A stretch of 64,000 bases of DNA, taken from assembly GCA_013265495.1 (NCBI GenBank), contig MU058424.1, positions 62,001 through 126,000 on the forward strand, in the 5' to 3' direction. The translations under genes and the position numbers were made by a program. Positions 61,943 through 64,000 of the stretch are shown piece after piece. Position 1 is the stretch's first letter. Each line of letters begins with the position of its first letter. The notes under the pieces were generated by a model. It ran no database searches and was not told the origin of the DNA. It was given only the letters and a program-made list of their open reading frames with translations. This stretch comes from Vicugna vicugna (taxonomy: Eukaryota).

Positions 61943-63329
61943 AGCCTCTCCTTTCATTTAGTCACAAAGAAGCCCAGAAAATCACCAATTAACCTCTTTC
62001 CCTTTCTTTCTAACAACGGTGGTAATTGGTTGATTACATCTTCCACCCAGGGGAAGGACAAGTCATTTCTCATAAGTGAGCCCATCTCTCCAGGACCCTG
62101 TCCCCCATGTCCTGGCCCAAAGGTGGTAAAATGGTCAGATTTAGGTTTTGGCTGGAAGGAAAGGAAGGAGAGATGCCAACATCGTGTGCTCCATCCTGGG
62201 TTTTTAATGACAGTTACTTTTGAGTTTGGGTCACTGCTCACAAAACGTCCAGTGGCATTTTGCTTTATTCCAGCACTCTCCCTGTATTTATGACTCCCTT
62301 GGGGAATTCACTTGGAAGAAAAGTGGCTGGGGCAGGGGAGAACTGGGATATTCTTGTCTTTCCTAGCCTAGAATTTCCCCCATAGCATTCCAATCTCACC
62401 CCCTTCTTCCTACTGAGCATTAGTGCACATAAACATGATGACCCTCGAGGTGTCTTAACAGAAGGAAGAGAGCATCCAAGGAGGAAGAGAAGGGAAACGG
62501 TGACTTGGATTTTCCACAGTCCAAGCTCAAGTGCAAATCCCATGACCCACACTGACATCTGAAAATTTGACACAGTATAAAGAACAATGTAGACACGGCT
62601 GTGCAAAAAAAGAATATTTCAAACATAAATATAACTGGAAATGGTTGCCAAGCATGGGAACTGTTAGAAGTGTGTTTGCCTTTAAATGCTTTCGTGACAA
62701 AGGAGAAAATATATTTTAGAATTTGTATCTTTACCAAGCATTTCCTCCACATCTTGGAATAATTTAAGGTGCTATCAGTGTGCTTTGTTATTTGATAGAC
62801 TCAACATTATATGATCACTCATTGCATTTGTTTTGTGAACGCTTTTCAAGCCACCCTACTTCCTGGCAGGTTGTCCTTTGAAACAGAAAAGGATCTGAGA
62901 TATTCCTAAGGAGTATCTCTCCGTTTCCTTGATAGCACAAAGACAGTCAAAGGTTGCACTAAAAGCTGTGGTTGAGAAGAGGTTTGGCATTGCTGTGGAA
63001 TTTTCTGAGAAGACCATTTCCCAGGCTGCTCTGCAGCAGATTCTGATCCAGCTATTCTGGGCGGGGGCCTCTGAATCTGTGTCTCTAGAAGTTCTCTTAG
63101 TGATTCTGGTGCCTGCCCAGGTTGGGTTTAGGAGCCCCCACAGAAGGGTGCCAGCTGGTATGACTGAAATACAGCGGGGTTGGAAAAGCCTGTAGTCCTT
63201 TGTAAAGCAGAGCAGTTTAATTCAGTTCCACAACACTGACTGAACACCTACTCTGCGTCAGACAGCTGGGTGTGTGCTGCAGACACACAGGGGAACCCGC
63301 ACAGCTCCTGTCTTCAGTTGGCTCAGAGA

Positions 63330-63425
63330 CTAGAGGGAGAAGGACGAGAGTGAGAGAGAGAAACAGAGAGAGGGAGTGAGAGGGAGGGAGGAGAAGGCAT
63401 AGGAGGGAGGGAGAGAGAGAAAGAA
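63330..63425. repeat. GA-rich low-complexity tract
   Basis: Direct reading. Confidence 0.85.
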
Positions 63426-63522
63426 TGAACCAAACTACCCACAGAGCGTGGCAAGAAACACGACAGTAAATCCTACCGGATTTGACAGAGGAATAAAGAG
63501 GAAAGAAAAAGCTACGGAAGAA

Positions 63523-63650
63523 GGGGGAGGGTCTAGCTCAGTGGTAGAGCATATGAGGTCCCGGGTTCAATCCCCAGTGCCTCCTCCAAGAATAAATAAA
63601 TAAACCTAATTACCTCCCCCGACCAAAGGAAAAACAAAGAAGAAAACAAA
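63523..63650 (+). mobile_element. tRNA-Ala-derived SINE (Vic-1-like), internally deleted
   Basis: gggggagggtctagctcagtggtagagc[deletion]atatgaggtcccgggttcaatcccc plus aataaataaataaacctaattacctcccc tail. Confidence 0.88.
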
Positions 63651-63659
63651 GCGCAAATT

Positions 63660-63815
63660 GGTCGATGTAAATCCAGCTATACCAATAATAATATTTAAAT
63701 AAAAATCGGTTCCTCTAAATCAAAAGGCAGAGATTACCCGGCTTGACTTTTAAAGTATCCAACTATATGCTCTCGATAAGAAACACATTACAGAGTCAAA
63801 GATAGAAATATTGAA
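63660..63815 (+). mobile_element. Old LINE-1 ORF2 start (endonuclease) fragment
   Basis: atcaaaaggcagagatta (IKRQRL) and ccaactatatgctctcgataagaaacaca (degenerate PTICCLQETH). Confidence 0.65.
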
Positions 63816-63879
63816 ATATTTGTGAATATATTTTAATAAAAAAGAATGCGAAATTTTAATAAATAGATGTTGTTTGAGA

Positions 63880-64000
63880 GGGAAAAATATATAAATAGTT
63901 TAAAGCTATAAAATATGAAAAAGAATGTACCTATACTCATGACCGGGACATTGAGCTGTCCACCAGAGACTGACGCATTGTAACTGACAGTACTTCAATT
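63880..64000 (+). mobile_element. Lineage-type LINE-1 3' terminus
   Basis: catgaccgggacattgagctgtccaccagagactgacgcattgtaactgacagtacttcaa resembles the termini of 30049-30500 and 31866-32110. Confidence 0.7.

Noticed and set aside
1..64000. CRISPR arrays, operons or prokaryotic defence systems
   Set aside because: The sequence is mammalian (spliceosomal introns, L1/SINE/LTR content) and has no regularly spaced repeat-spacer array.

Overview
Mammalian genomic DNA, AT-rich and repeat-dense. It is most likely camelid, inferred from four tRNA-Ala-derived SINEs resembling the Vic-1 type and the associated L1 3' ends. It holds one protein-coding gene, ALG10/ALG10B (ER alpha-1,2-glucosyltransferase, GT-C fold), on the + strand. 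The three coding exons are 43041-43211, 44486-44683 and 46342-47397, all GT-AG phase 0, giving 474 aa. The gene has a CpG-island promoter and a probably long AT-rich 3' UTR. The ~42 kb upstream and ~10 kb downstream are intergenic and contain L1 fragments, solo LTRs, an ERV1 remnant, SINEs, MIR/L2 and hAT MITEs. Nearly all other ORF-track entries are chance or repeat-derived. The most unusual signal is an exact 90-bp (30-codon, stop-free) tandem duplication of the ALG10 exon 1/intron 1 junction. It creates a twin in-frame splice donor and a possible recursive (AG|GT) splice site. Other oddities are an in-frame upstream AUG, a templated inverted insertion scar, a nested transposon stack, CTCF-like motifs diverging around the gene, and local GC/CpG-enriched patches. 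I see no evidence of a new multi-gene system. Repeat family names come from recalled consensus resemblance, not from a database search.
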